Of a stretch of 15,142 nucleotides of DNA, positions 6,777 to 14,877 are shown piece by piece (the first letter of the stretch is position 1; the number at the start of each line of letters is the position of its first letter). The notes under the pieces were generated by a model. The model was not told where the DNA came from. It saw only the letters and a program-made list of their open reading frames with translations, and searched no databases. Source of the stretch: Candidatus Omnitrophota bacterium (GTDB lineage: Bacteria > Ratteibacteria > UBA8468 > MWAK01); the NCBI GenBank assembly GCA_043826355.1, contig JBDRQI010000017.1, forward strand, positions 1-15,142. The letters run 5' to 3'. The position numbers were made by a program, and so were the translations under genes.

Positions 6777-8189
6777 TCAGATTTTAACAATCCGGAGTCC
6801 CGTTGCCTCGGCAAAACTCTCCAGCGGCAGACTCTGGTCGCCGTACCCGATAACCAGATGATGCTCCGGTCCCTGCCGGCACCAGGCATCGACAAACTGG
6901 TGGATGGGCTGGCTTGTCCTGACCCGGCAGTTAGGGTTGCCGATCTTCAGGATAGGCCCGGGTATTACTTCGGCTACCGTGTAGATAAGTTTAAACGTCT
7001 CCCCGGAGTCAAACTGGGTCAGGTTAAGCAACGTAACCGGACCGGGTTTAACGTCAAAATCTATACCCAGTCCGCGGCCTGACTTTCCGTGATGCACCTC
7101 CAAATGCTGCAGCCGGGAACGACCGTGGGCCATATTGATATTACTCGGCCCGTCATGCCCCATCATGATGAAATTTTCGTCAAAATCCATCGAGAAAAAT
7201 TCCGCAAACATCCCGGCGGCGCCGAACAAATCCATAATTTTCATGGCCATGGCGCTTTTAACGTCTCCTTCGGTTACGCCGGGCATTCCCAAAGACGAAA
7301 GCCGGGAAACGGCCAGGGCCGACTGGGAACGGAGCGTGGTAATCGGTTCCTTTTCCCCCCACCAGTAAAACCCGAAAGCGTTAATGCCGTATTTGCGTAT
7401 TACTTCATCAAAAGCAACCGATATCCGGGCGGAAAGGGACATGTCTTTGTCGGTTACCGTCTTATCAACATCATACATCTTGCGGAATTGTTTCAGCATC
7501 GCTTTAACCTGGTCTTTGGTGGCGCGGTGAAACGCCTCTTCAATCTCCTCCACCTCCGGCCGTATCAGCAAACGTCCCGTAGCGCGCAGCAGGCGGTGTT
7601 CATCAACCGGCATGTCGCACATGTGCGTGTAAATCTCTCCGATAAGCCCGATCTTCATCTTTTTGAAAAAGGCCGCGGCGGCGGACCCTTTGAAATCGGC
7701 TTCCAGTTCATCCCACAGCCGGGTGTCGTCAAACGACCCGGTCCGTACCCTGAATTTCTTCCCGATTCCAACCAGGGCGCCGGAGAATTCCGGCACACAG
7801 CAGACGGCTTCATGATGAAGGTAGAGGGCGGTATCCGCGGAAGCGTAGTCGTAAGAACGGTCTTCATGCGCATTTAAAATGCGGATTGGCACCGTCAGGT
7901 CTTTCACCGCGGGAATCAGGCGCATGCTCGGGCAGTAGCCTACCGGGAATATCACCGCCATATCCACGCCTTCCCTTTTAAAAAGCTCGCCGGCCTTACC
8001 GGCTTTCTCTTCCGTATCCACCAGTTCCGGCGCCACGATATCGGCCAGCGCCGCCAGTTTCTTCCGGAGACGGGCGTACATCCGGAGTCCCATCTCTTTC
8101 AATTCCGGGAACTGGGACCAGTAATAATCATGACCGGTGGGCAACAGGCCTATTTTGGGACGCGGCATCCTTTCTTTCAGGTTTCGCAT
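6777..8189 (-). CDS. L-arabinose/L-fucose isomerase-family sugar isomerase
   Basis: ATG 8189 with RBS AGGAG preferred over TTG 8216. Metal-site motifs VTEGD, FAEF, MMGHDGP and C-terminal GPEHH match the AraA-type E/E/H/H ligand pattern; GPVTLLNL. Confidence 0.85.
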   Translation of the reverse strand: MRNLKERMPRPKIGLLPTGHDYYWSQFPELKEMGLRMYARLRKKLAALADIVAPELVDTEEKAGKAGELFKREGVDMAVIFPVGYCPSMRLIPAVKDLTVPIRILNAHEDRSYDYASADTALYLHHEAVCCVPEFSGALVGIGKKFRVRTGSFDDTRLWDELEADFKGSAAAAFFKKMKIGLIGEIYTHMCDMPVDEHRLLRATGRLLIRPEVEEIEEAFHRATKDQVKAMLKQFRKMYDVDKTVTDKDMSLSARISVAFDEVIRKYGINAFGFYWWGEKEPITTLRSQSALAVSRLSSLGMPGVTEGDVKSAMAMKIMDLFGAAGMFAEFFSMDFDENFIMMGHDGPSNINMAHGRSRLQHLEVHHGKSGRGLGIDFDVKPGPVTLLNLTQFDSGETFKLIYTVAEVIPGPILKIGNPNCRVRTSQPIHQFVDAWCRQGPEHHLVIGYGDQSLPLESFAEATGLRIVKI

Positions 8190-8209
8190 AAGAGCTCCTT
8201 GTTTAATAA

Positions 8210-9352
8210 TTAGCAACGGGGGCGGTAATCAAAGACCTTAAGCATAATCTGGTTTGCCTCATTCAAATTTTCGGCGCCGGAAACCACATAGGTTATTCCT
8301 CCCGGCAAGGCGCGTTCTTTTAATTTTTTGACAAAAATCTCTTTTGGTATATTGATTCGTATCGGTATCGGATGCATCTCTTCTTTTAACTCTTCCACAA
8401 TTTCATAAGGGTTTGCATAACCAACATCTTCCGTGAACCAGCACTCGCTAATCTTTTCTATTTTAGATACCAGCCGGCAAAGCTGTCTGCCGTTTCCGTG
8501 GACGTGCAACCTGGCTCCTCCGTAATGTTCCACGATTTTTTTGTGTTGCTCAAGCCCAAAAGACACGTAGAATTCTTTTCGGCACAAACCGTAAGCATCA
8601 ATGCTGATATCCGGAATATTACACCGGGCATATTTATAACACGGATGGTCGCCGTAAGCGGTTCTGACCAATTCTTTCACCAAGGACGCCTGCGCATCAA
8701 ACACCCGGATATTTTCTTTTACCGACCAATCGAGAAATTTTTCGACAAAATCCGGGTAGTCATAAAGATCGGTATAAGCAGCCGCGCCTCTCAGCTCAAC
8801 CAGTAAGTTCAAGCAATCCATGAAGATAAAATTCTGGACATCGCAGACCGGCTCTAAATGGTCCGCAAAATATTTTGTTACCCGCAACATCTGATTATAC
8901 CAGAAATTATCTTCTTTAACCTCGGGAAAGTTAAAAGTTTCAATTGTTCCGATGACCGGCGTCGGGCAATGGCTCCAGGTATGGAGATTAGTTCCGGCAA
9001 AAAGAATATCTCCGCCCAGCATTCCACTCCAGATTGACTCGCCGAAGTTGCAGGTGGGATAAACCAAAGGGATATAGTCCCCCAAACAGTTGGTAAAGTT
9101 TTGCGCCTTAACCCTGAGGAAAAATCCTTCCAGATTTTCCAGCAGCAGGCATTTTCTGCCTCTTGGTTCTCCGGTTTCAACGGCAGGTTGAACGGGAGAT
9201 TCTTCTGGGGGCGCCGGAATATGAGCCAGAATCCCGTCTTCAAGGCGGCGTTCGTAGAAAGCCAGATAGCGGTCCAGGGTTTGCCTGAGATTGTTTTTTT
9301 TTATCACGGTAAAGCAACACACCTGAGTTGCCGGAACTTGTCCGGATTTCAA
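8210..9352 (-). CDS. URO-D/MtaA-CmuA superfamily protein (function unknown)
   Basis: 380 aa: MDCLNLLVELRG...DLYDYPDFV, ISIDAYGL, LHVHG. Start uncertain; the TTG at 9352 overlaps the upstream TGA (TTGA). Confidence 0.7.
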   Translation of the reverse strand: MKSGQVPATQVCCFTVIKKNNLRQTLDRYLAFYERRLEDGILAHIPAPPEESPVQPAVETGEPRGRKCLLLENLEGFFLRVKAQNFTNCLGDYIPLVYPTCNFGESIWSGMLGGDILFAGTNLHTWSHCPTPVIGTIETFNFPEVKEDNFWYNQMLRVTKYFADHLEPVCDVQNFIFMDCLNLLVELRGAAAYTDLYDYPDFVEKFLDWSVKENIRVFDAQASLVKELVRTAYGDHPCYKYARCNIPDISIDAYGLCRKEFYVSFGLEQHKKIVEHYGGARLHVHGNGRQLCRLVSKIEKISECWFTEDVGYANPYEIVEELKEEMHPIPIRINIPKEIFVKKLKERALPGGITYVVSGAENLNEANQIMLKVFDYRPRC

Positions 9353-10209
9353 TCTATCTTAAGACATTCCCCCAGAGTAGAGAAGGTAACATTGCCTTGT
9401 TCCCGGGCATACCGGAATAGTTTTTCGTAAACCTTAAGACCGGCAGAATTGACCCCGGTTACCGGGGTCACGTGGCAGACGGATGCCATCACACCTCCGG
9501 TCTCAGCCGCCTTATCAAAATCTTCCCTGATTAATTGATAGTGTCTTTCCACGTCCGCCTCTTTCAGGAACCAGGTGTATTCCGCCATAATCGGAATCTC
9601 GATTAACCCGGCCTGGTGTTTAAACGGCCTTGGAGTGATATTTTTGTCCCAGATCATCCCCGGGGTATAATCTTTTACGATATATTTCCAGCCCTTGGGA
9701 TTGATAATCAGCGAAGAATCATATTGAAACCCGCATTTTACCAAGGCCGTAAACAGGTTCGGATGGGTGGAACCGTAGGGGGCGCGAAAACCGATTGGAC
9801 GATGCCCGGCAACCCTGGTGAAAATCGCTATCCCTTTCTCCAGTTTCGCTGTCAAAACGTCCGGGGAGAACCCCTTCTCAATCTCGGCGCGTTCTTCCTG
9901 CAGCCGACGGCGTTCCCGGTCTTCGTAGGCCAGGATGAATTCCGGGGGGATTCCCCATTCAAAAGCCTCATGCCGGTAACCGTGAAGCTGCAGTTCGTGT
10001 CCGGCAAGCGCGGCGTCCTTTAACGCCGCAACCCAGTCTTCGCGCTGATACAAGGGAATATCCTGGTTAAACGGCACCACGAAAAAGGTGGCCGGGACAC
10101 CCTCTTTTTTGAGAAAACCCAGCAGTTCCCGCAAATCCTCAACGCTGGAAAAATCCTTTAAAGCAACATCGTCTACCGTGAAGGCAAATCTGGTCTGGTT
10201 TACAGCCAT
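9349..10209 (-). CDS. Polysaccharide deacetylase (CE4/NodB-homology) family protein
   Basis: FTVDD, PATFFV, HELQLHGYRH, GFRAPYG, YDSS, IEIPI; no signal peptide; RBS GGAGG. Confidence 0.9.
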   Translation of the reverse strand: MAVNQTRFAFTVDDVALKDFSSVEDLRELLGFLKKEGVPATFFVVPFNQDIPLYQREDWVAALKDAALAGHELQLHGYRHEAFEWGIPPEFILAYEDRERRRLQEERAEIEKGFSPDVLTAKLEKGIAIFTRVAGHRPIGFRAPYGSTHPNLFTALVKCGFQYDSSLIINPKGWKYIVKDYTPGMIWDKNITPRPFKHQAGLIEIPIMAEYTWFLKEADVERHYQLIREDFDKAAETGGVMASVCHVTPVTGVNSAGLKVYEKLFRYAREQGNVTFSTLGECLKID

Positions 10210-10224
10210 AACCCCTCCAATTTT

Positions 10225-10911
10225 TTAGAATTCGCTTATTCCCCTGATTGCCTGGGGAAGATAGGCGGACATTTTGAGGGCCTCGCCGTATTTTACGTTG
10301 ATCAGGCTGCCGTAAAATCGCGCCCGCGCCTCCAGTTGGTCTGCCAATGTATCCAGAAACTCATCCTGGCTGGCAAACGCTTTCCAGGCATCCATCTTTG
10401 CGGCGAAGGTATCCGAAATGTCCACGATGTGGGTCGGTTCCTCCAAAAGCTGCAACACTTCAAAATAGTACAGTTTTTTTGCCTGCCAGGGTTCTCCCTG
10501 CGCCAGGGAAGCCTTCCAGCCGGCCTGCCACCAGGCGTCGGTAACCAGCCGGGCGGTATTGTGGTGTTGAAAATACTCCTTCCAGTAATGGGTGAAGATG
10601 ATGTCCGGCTTGTGCTTTCTAATTGCTTTGATGGCCAGCCGGTAAGTCTCTTCGTTTGCCAGAATATCAAAGTCTCCGTATCCAAGGCACTCAAGGTTCT
10701 TGATGCCTAAAATCGCATAACTCTTCCTGACTTCCGCTTCGCGCAGAGCGACGATGCTTTCCTGTTTCTTCAGGTCGGCGTACCCCTCGTTGCCGTTTCC
10801 GAAATAGACGATGCTCACTTCCCCGCCCGCGTTGACTATCTTGCGCAGGGTTCCGCCGACGGCAATAATACTGTCATCGTCGTGACCGCATAAAGACAAG
10901 ACCTTTAACAT
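10225..10911 (-). CDS. PIG-L/LmbE-family N-deacetylase
   Basis: GHDDDS (variant of AHPDDE), GGTL, REAE...ILG, KPDIIFTH, QHH, IVDISDTFAAKMDAWKAFASQ, YGEA. Confidence 0.9.
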   Translation of the reverse strand: MLKVLSLCGHDDDSIIAVGGTLRKIVNAGGEVSIVYFGNGNEGYADLKKQESIVALREAEVRKSYAILGIKNLECLGYGDFDILANEETYRLAIKAIRKHKPDIIFTHYWKEYFQHHNTARLVTDAWWQAGWKASLAQGEPWQAKKLYYFEVLQLLEEPTHIVDISDTFAAKMDAWKAFASQDEFLDTLADQLEARARFYGSLINVKYGEALKMSAYLPQAIRGISEF

Positions 10912-10914
10912 TGT

Positions 10915-12093
10915 TTACCCCCGGCTTAGCCATTCGGAACAAAGTTTTCTGACCAGTTTTGACATCGGCTCCGGTCCTTCTTTCGTAATAACAAAACCTT
11001 CTTCAATGCGGTTGGAACCGGCCGGATGCCCGAAGAGACTGATGTCGGTATTGACGGTCATGTTCTCCTCAAAGACCAGTTCCGAATTTTCGTCGGGATA
11101 AGGAGATTCCGCCTCTGCATATCCACAGCCGTGCAGCGGCGGATAGACGTCGTACTGTGACAGGTTGTTATCCCGGAAATACTGCCGCACCTTCCGGACG
11201 AACTCCCGCGCCGGCGTACCTGCTTTTAAAAGATTGAGCGCGCGGTCCTCGGCAACTATCAGGGCGTTGATTAAATCTTTCTGCCCTTTGCTCATGCGGC
11301 CGGCCACAAAAGGAAACTCCGCCGAGGCGATATATCCCTCAAACTGAACCGCCAGGGCAGCCATAATCATGTCGCCATCTTCAATTATCTTCTCCGTCGG
11401 CCTGCCTACGATGGTATGCGTTCTTTCACCGCTTCCGAATACGACAAACGGCACGTATTCTGCTCCGGCTTTTCTGGCTCCGTATTCACCGGCTGCCGCG
11501 GCGGCAAGCTCGCTCGCGCCGGGAACGCAGGCTTCCATTAATGCCTGAAAACCCTTATCGGCAAACTCCGCCGCTTTCCTGAGGCATTTTATCTCCTGGG
11601 GAGTTTTGATCAAACGCATCCGGTTCAGGACGCTTTCAAAATTCACTATTTCCACACCCTCAAATGCCGATTTAATGCTTTCCAGGACCGGCGCCGGAAT
11701 TGCATTCACTCCGACCAGCCCCACCCGTTTCAGTTGGCTCCGGCTGTTCACTTCACGGTAAACGCTGGAAAACGAGGAGAATTCTGCCAGCGAGTAATCA
11801 ATCTCATCCGGTACCGTGACGCAGGTGAAATCCTTGATGTTGCGGATATCCGGCCAGGCGGACATTTCCCGGGCAACTTTTTCACATTCCGGGGCGCCCA
11901 GCAGGATGGGGTCGCCGTCCTTCGGAATCACCAGCATTGCCCGTTCAAATATCGGCCAGTAGTTTGAGACGTACCTGATGTACTCGCGGCGGTATTCATC
12001 GCCGTACACCAAAACTGCGTCAATATCTTCTTTTTCCATCTCCCTTCTAATCCGGGATATCCTTTCGCTGAACTCTTCTCTCGGTATCTTCAT
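10915..12093 (-). CDS. M24 (pita-bread)-fold hydrolase, creatinase/prolidase family, atypical metal site
   Basis: Creatinase-N-like start (EEFSERISRIRREMEKEDIDAVLV...IRYVSNY), MRLIKTPQEI, LHGCG, NRIEEGFVITKEG. The usual two Asp ligands are absent. Confidence 0.85.
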   Translation of the reverse strand: MKIPREEFSERISRIRREMEKEDIDAVLVYGDEYRREYIRYVSNYWPIFERAMLVIPKDGDPILLGAPECEKVAREMSAWPDIRNIKDFTCVTVPDEIDYSLAEFSSFSSVYREVNSRSQLKRVGLVGVNAIPAPVLESIKSAFEGVEIVNFESVLNRMRLIKTPQEIKCLRKAAEFADKGFQALMEACVPGASELAAAAAGEYGARKAGAEYVPFVVFGSGERTHTIVGRPTEKIIEDGDMIMAALAVQFEGYIASAEFPFVAGRMSKGQKDLINALIVAEDRALNLLKAGTPAREFVRKVRQYFRDNNLSQYDVYPPLHGCGYAEAESPYPDENSELVFEENMTVNTDISLFGHPAGSNRIEEGFVITKEGPEPMSKLVRKLCSEWLSRG

Positions 12094-12148
12094 TTTTCAC
12101 TCCCTGTTTTCGGTGAAAAACTCTTTTGCGGACTTTCTTGACAAGGCC

Positions 12149-12529
12149 TTACTCGCAATACCCGACTCCAACGTAATAAGCCAGGTTCTCCTGGGTGGAA
12201 TCCAATCTTCCGAATTGAACCACCACGTTTACATTGCTCCGGACGCGGAGCGAATACTGGGTCAACGCCGGAATCCGGTGTCCGCCGACGTCTTGGGGAT
12301 TATCCATGCGGAGACATTTCACCCGCCTCGCACCTACGGTAACCGGGATGCCGGTCACCGGTTCCCGGTCTTCAAAATAGAGGTCAAGTTTTACGTCAGC
12401 CGGTTTATCATTAACGTTCAGAATCATCAGGGCTTCGTGCGCCTCCAGGAGCCCCCGGCCGGTCTTCTTCGGTAAGTATCCATCGGGAAAATACCAGATT
12501 CCCGCCCCGCCTTTTATCTTCTTCGCCAT
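12149..12529 (-). CDS. ASRT-family (Anabaena sensory rhodopsin transducer-like) beta-sandwich protein
   Basis: WYFPDGYLP, HEALMILN, LYFEDREP, VGARRVKCLR, YSLRVRSNVNVVVQFGRLDSTQENLA are characteristic ASRT motifs; RBS AAAGGAG. Confidence 0.9.
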   Translation of the reverse strand: MAKKIKGGAGIWYFPDGYLPKKTGRGLLEAHEALMILNVNDKPADVKLDLYFEDREPVTGIPVTVGARRVKCLRMDNPQDVGGHRIPALTQYSLRVRSNVNVVVQFGRLDSTQENLAYYVGVGYCE

Positions 12530-12769
12530 AACGCTCCTTTCCCGTAAATTGCAAAAATTTCACCCGGCGATGTTCACCTCCGTAAAGCCGGAGAACGGGT
12601 TTGTTTTGATTCCACCGCGCAAGGCGGACATCCCAATCCCCGGGATACCGCCCCGGAAGAGACGGGTCGAACCGCTTTTTGCTCTTCTTCCAGCCATCCG
12701 GCCCTTTTACCGGAGGTGCCATCTGGCATTGACCGTTCCGGATTATGGCGGCGTAATTTATTTGGGATG

Positions 12770-14776
12770 CTAATTATCAAGGGTAAGGTCCAGAACCGCC
12801 ACGCCTTTTCCCGGAACCCTGACGGTAAATTTTGACCCGTGGAACGCCACGGGCCTATACGGGAATTTAGTGACAGTTTTAATGCTGCGTATCTTCTTCC
12901 CCATATCGATTTCCGGGTGGGCGTAACCATATTCATCGTTTCCGATAAAAAGGCGGACCGCGCCCTTTGACTGTTCCATCGCCAGGACCTTCGCCGGCAC
13001 ATTATTCACTACTTTGGCGCCGGCAACCAACCGGGAGATTACCTTTACGCACCCGGTTAGAAAACTGTCCGATATTTTACGGGAGTAGAGGTCCAGACAG
13101 TAAATGGGCGGCTCTTCCACCCCGGCCATATCCGCCGGTATCTTTTCCTTGCCTTCCCTGACAATTTCTACTTGAAGGTTTTTCGTCAAACCCTTCAAAC
13201 CGTAGACAGCCATGATTAACCGGTCCGGCGGATAGACATCCTCAAACTGAAAATCGGGATTTGGGGGAAGGTTTTTCTTTTTGCCGATTATTATTACCGG
13301 GCCATTCTTGCAGGCAAGTATTTTCTTTAACTCTTCCTGCGGAAAATGCTGATGGTTGATTACCAGCAGCGGCCCCGGCGCATTATTTACAGAATCAACA
13401 TTAACGGCGGAATAAATCGGGGCTCCCTTGGCCAGCAAACGGTACAGGATGCTGTGGGTTCCGGCGCTTCTTGTCTTGATGAAGTCTTCCAACTGGTTTT
13501 CCATCGCGTTATCGGACCAGACCAGGGTTGGCCCGGCGATTGACCGGGGATTTACGGCAAAACTATTGTTCCAGTTGTATTGCAGCCAGTTCCACTCCTC
13601 ACGGTTGATACCGTCCGCCAGACAGACCAGAAAACCTTCAATGCACCTTTGGAACCTGTTTTTAGAGTCAAGGTGAAACAGGTTGGGATAGGTGTAGATT
13701 TCTTTCTCCAAAAAGGTAGGGGCATGACGTAACATTTCGTAGTTTTCGTTTACGTCATGAATGTGGTTAAGCGCCACCATATTTGCATCGGGCATACTGG
13801 CTTTGGTTAAAAGAATCGTCGCCATTACCTTATAAAAGAAGCCCGGGTAGACCCTCCCTTCCCCCCCAAATTCATTGCCGACGCCGGGGCACTCCTGGAT
13901 AAACCAGTCCATGCCGGCATCGGCAATCTTGCGGTAATCCACTCCGTAGCGGTAGATTGCTTCAAAAGGGTCCCGCGACCAGGAAGTGTTAAACGAAACC
14001 TGCTTTTTTTCACGATGAACCGCGTTCACAATCTTCCGGCAGTATTCTTCCCACCGCCCGGTAAAAAACTTTATCCAGGCAACGCGCCGGTTGCGCCAAA
14101 TCCAATCGGCCCGTTTCTCCGACCTGGCCTTATTGCCGTCGCATTTTCCAGAAATATCTTCGGGAAGTTTTACCCCGGTTTTTTCCGTAAACTGGCCGAC
14201 CATATCATCAGAGTAATACGCCCAATACAGGGTAAATCGTCCGTGGTTTAACCCGTCGGCGCAGTGAAAACCGTCAAAATCATAATCCCGGATTACTTCC
14301 ATCAATTTCTTCACGAAAAAATCTTCAAAATAGGAGCCGTCTTTGAAGCGGGCCAAAGGGTTTATGGAATGAAGTTGTTCGCCGTTTCGCGCGGTGGCAA
14401 GAACTTCCCGGTGCTTGCTCACCCATTCATCGTGGAACGCATTGCCGAGAAATATATCAAATACGGAGGGATAAACTTTTATGCCGTGTTTATGAAGTTC
14501 CGCCACCAACCTTTTAAGGTCACGCTTTGACCAGACCTGCCTTTTCTTTCCTTCCCCCAAAGGAAGACGGCCGCCATAGGAACAAACATCGGGCGGCAAG
14601 GAGACGTCTTTCCTGGCGGCATCATGCTGCAGGACAAAGTCGGTTGAAGAAAGAAGCAAAGATACCAATGAGGGCACAAAACCCGCGTTGGCAAGATATT
14701 CCTTGACTCCCAAATCACGCTTCTGATTGTCAAAACCCGCCAGTTCTATCCAGCACCATTTCTGATACTCTTTCAT
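12770..14776 (-). CDS. Large cytoplasmic hypothetical protein, putative (beta/alpha)8 glycoside-hydrolase-like
   Basis: 668 aa, no signal peptide. LKRLVAELHKHGIKVY...WVSKHRE...INP...FFVKKLMEVIRDYDFDGFHCADG resembles GHL (GHL6/GHL10-like) TIM barrels, followed by probable alpha/beta and C-terminal beta domains. Confidence 0.65.
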   Translation of the reverse strand: MKEYQKWCWIELAGFDNQKRDLGVKEYLANAGFVPSLVSLLLSSTDFVLQHDAARKDVSLPPDVCSYGGRLPLGEGKKRQVWSKRDLKRLVAELHKHGIKVYPSVFDIFLGNAFHDEWVSKHREVLATARNGEQLHSINPLARFKDGSYFEDFFVKKLMEVIRDYDFDGFHCADGLNHGRFTLYWAYYSDDMVGQFTEKTGVKLPEDISGKCDGNKARSEKRADWIWRNRRVAWIKFFTGRWEEYCRKIVNAVHREKKQVSFNTSWSRDPFEAIYRYGVDYRKIADAGMDWFIQECPGVGNEFGGEGRVYPGFFYKVMATILLTKASMPDANMVALNHIHDVNENYEMLRHAPTFLEKEIYTYPNLFHLDSKNRFQRCIEGFLVCLADGINREEWNWLQYNWNNSFAVNPRSIAGPTLVWSDNAMENQLEDFIKTRSAGTHSILYRLLAKGAPIYSAVNVDSVNNAPGPLLVINHQHFPQEELKKILACKNGPVIIIGKKKNLPPNPDFQFEDVYPPDRLIMAVYGLKGLTKNLQVEIVREGKEKIPADMAGVEEPPIYCLDLYSRKISDSFLTGCVKVISRLVAGAKVVNNVPAKVLAMEQSKGAVRLFIGNDEYGYAHPEIDMGKKIRSIKTVTKFPYRPVAFHGSKFTVRVPGKGVAVLDLTLDN

Positions 14777-14852
14777 TTAATTGCCCCCCGCCTGTTGTCC
14801 TGTGTCCCGACATTCCCCCAAGGCACAGAAGATTGATGTTTCCCCAAAACCG

Positions 14853-14877
14853 CAGTCCAAACCTCCGGTTTGGACTG
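14853..14877. promoter_or_regulatory. Perfect 11-bp inverted repeat in the predicted 5' leader of the operon
   Basis: CAGTCCAAACC-TCC-GGTTTGGACTG, flanked by an imperfect outer pair CAAAACCGC / GTGGTTTTG. Confidence 0.5.

Noticed and set aside
7089..7877. 262-aa plus-strand ORF
   Set aside because: Entirely antisense to the well-supported isomerase, with no recognisable motifs; typical shadow ORF. The same applies to the other short overlapping ORFs in the track.
12661..12676. GGTTCGACCC on the minus strand, resembling a tRNA T-arm
   Set aside because: No canonical 5-bp T-stem around a 7-nt loop, and no acceptor, D or anticodon arms.
12411..13002. Minus-strand ORFs 12411-12722 and 12574-13002
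   Set aside because: Both overlap real genes out of frame, lack a clear RBS and have no recognisable motifs.
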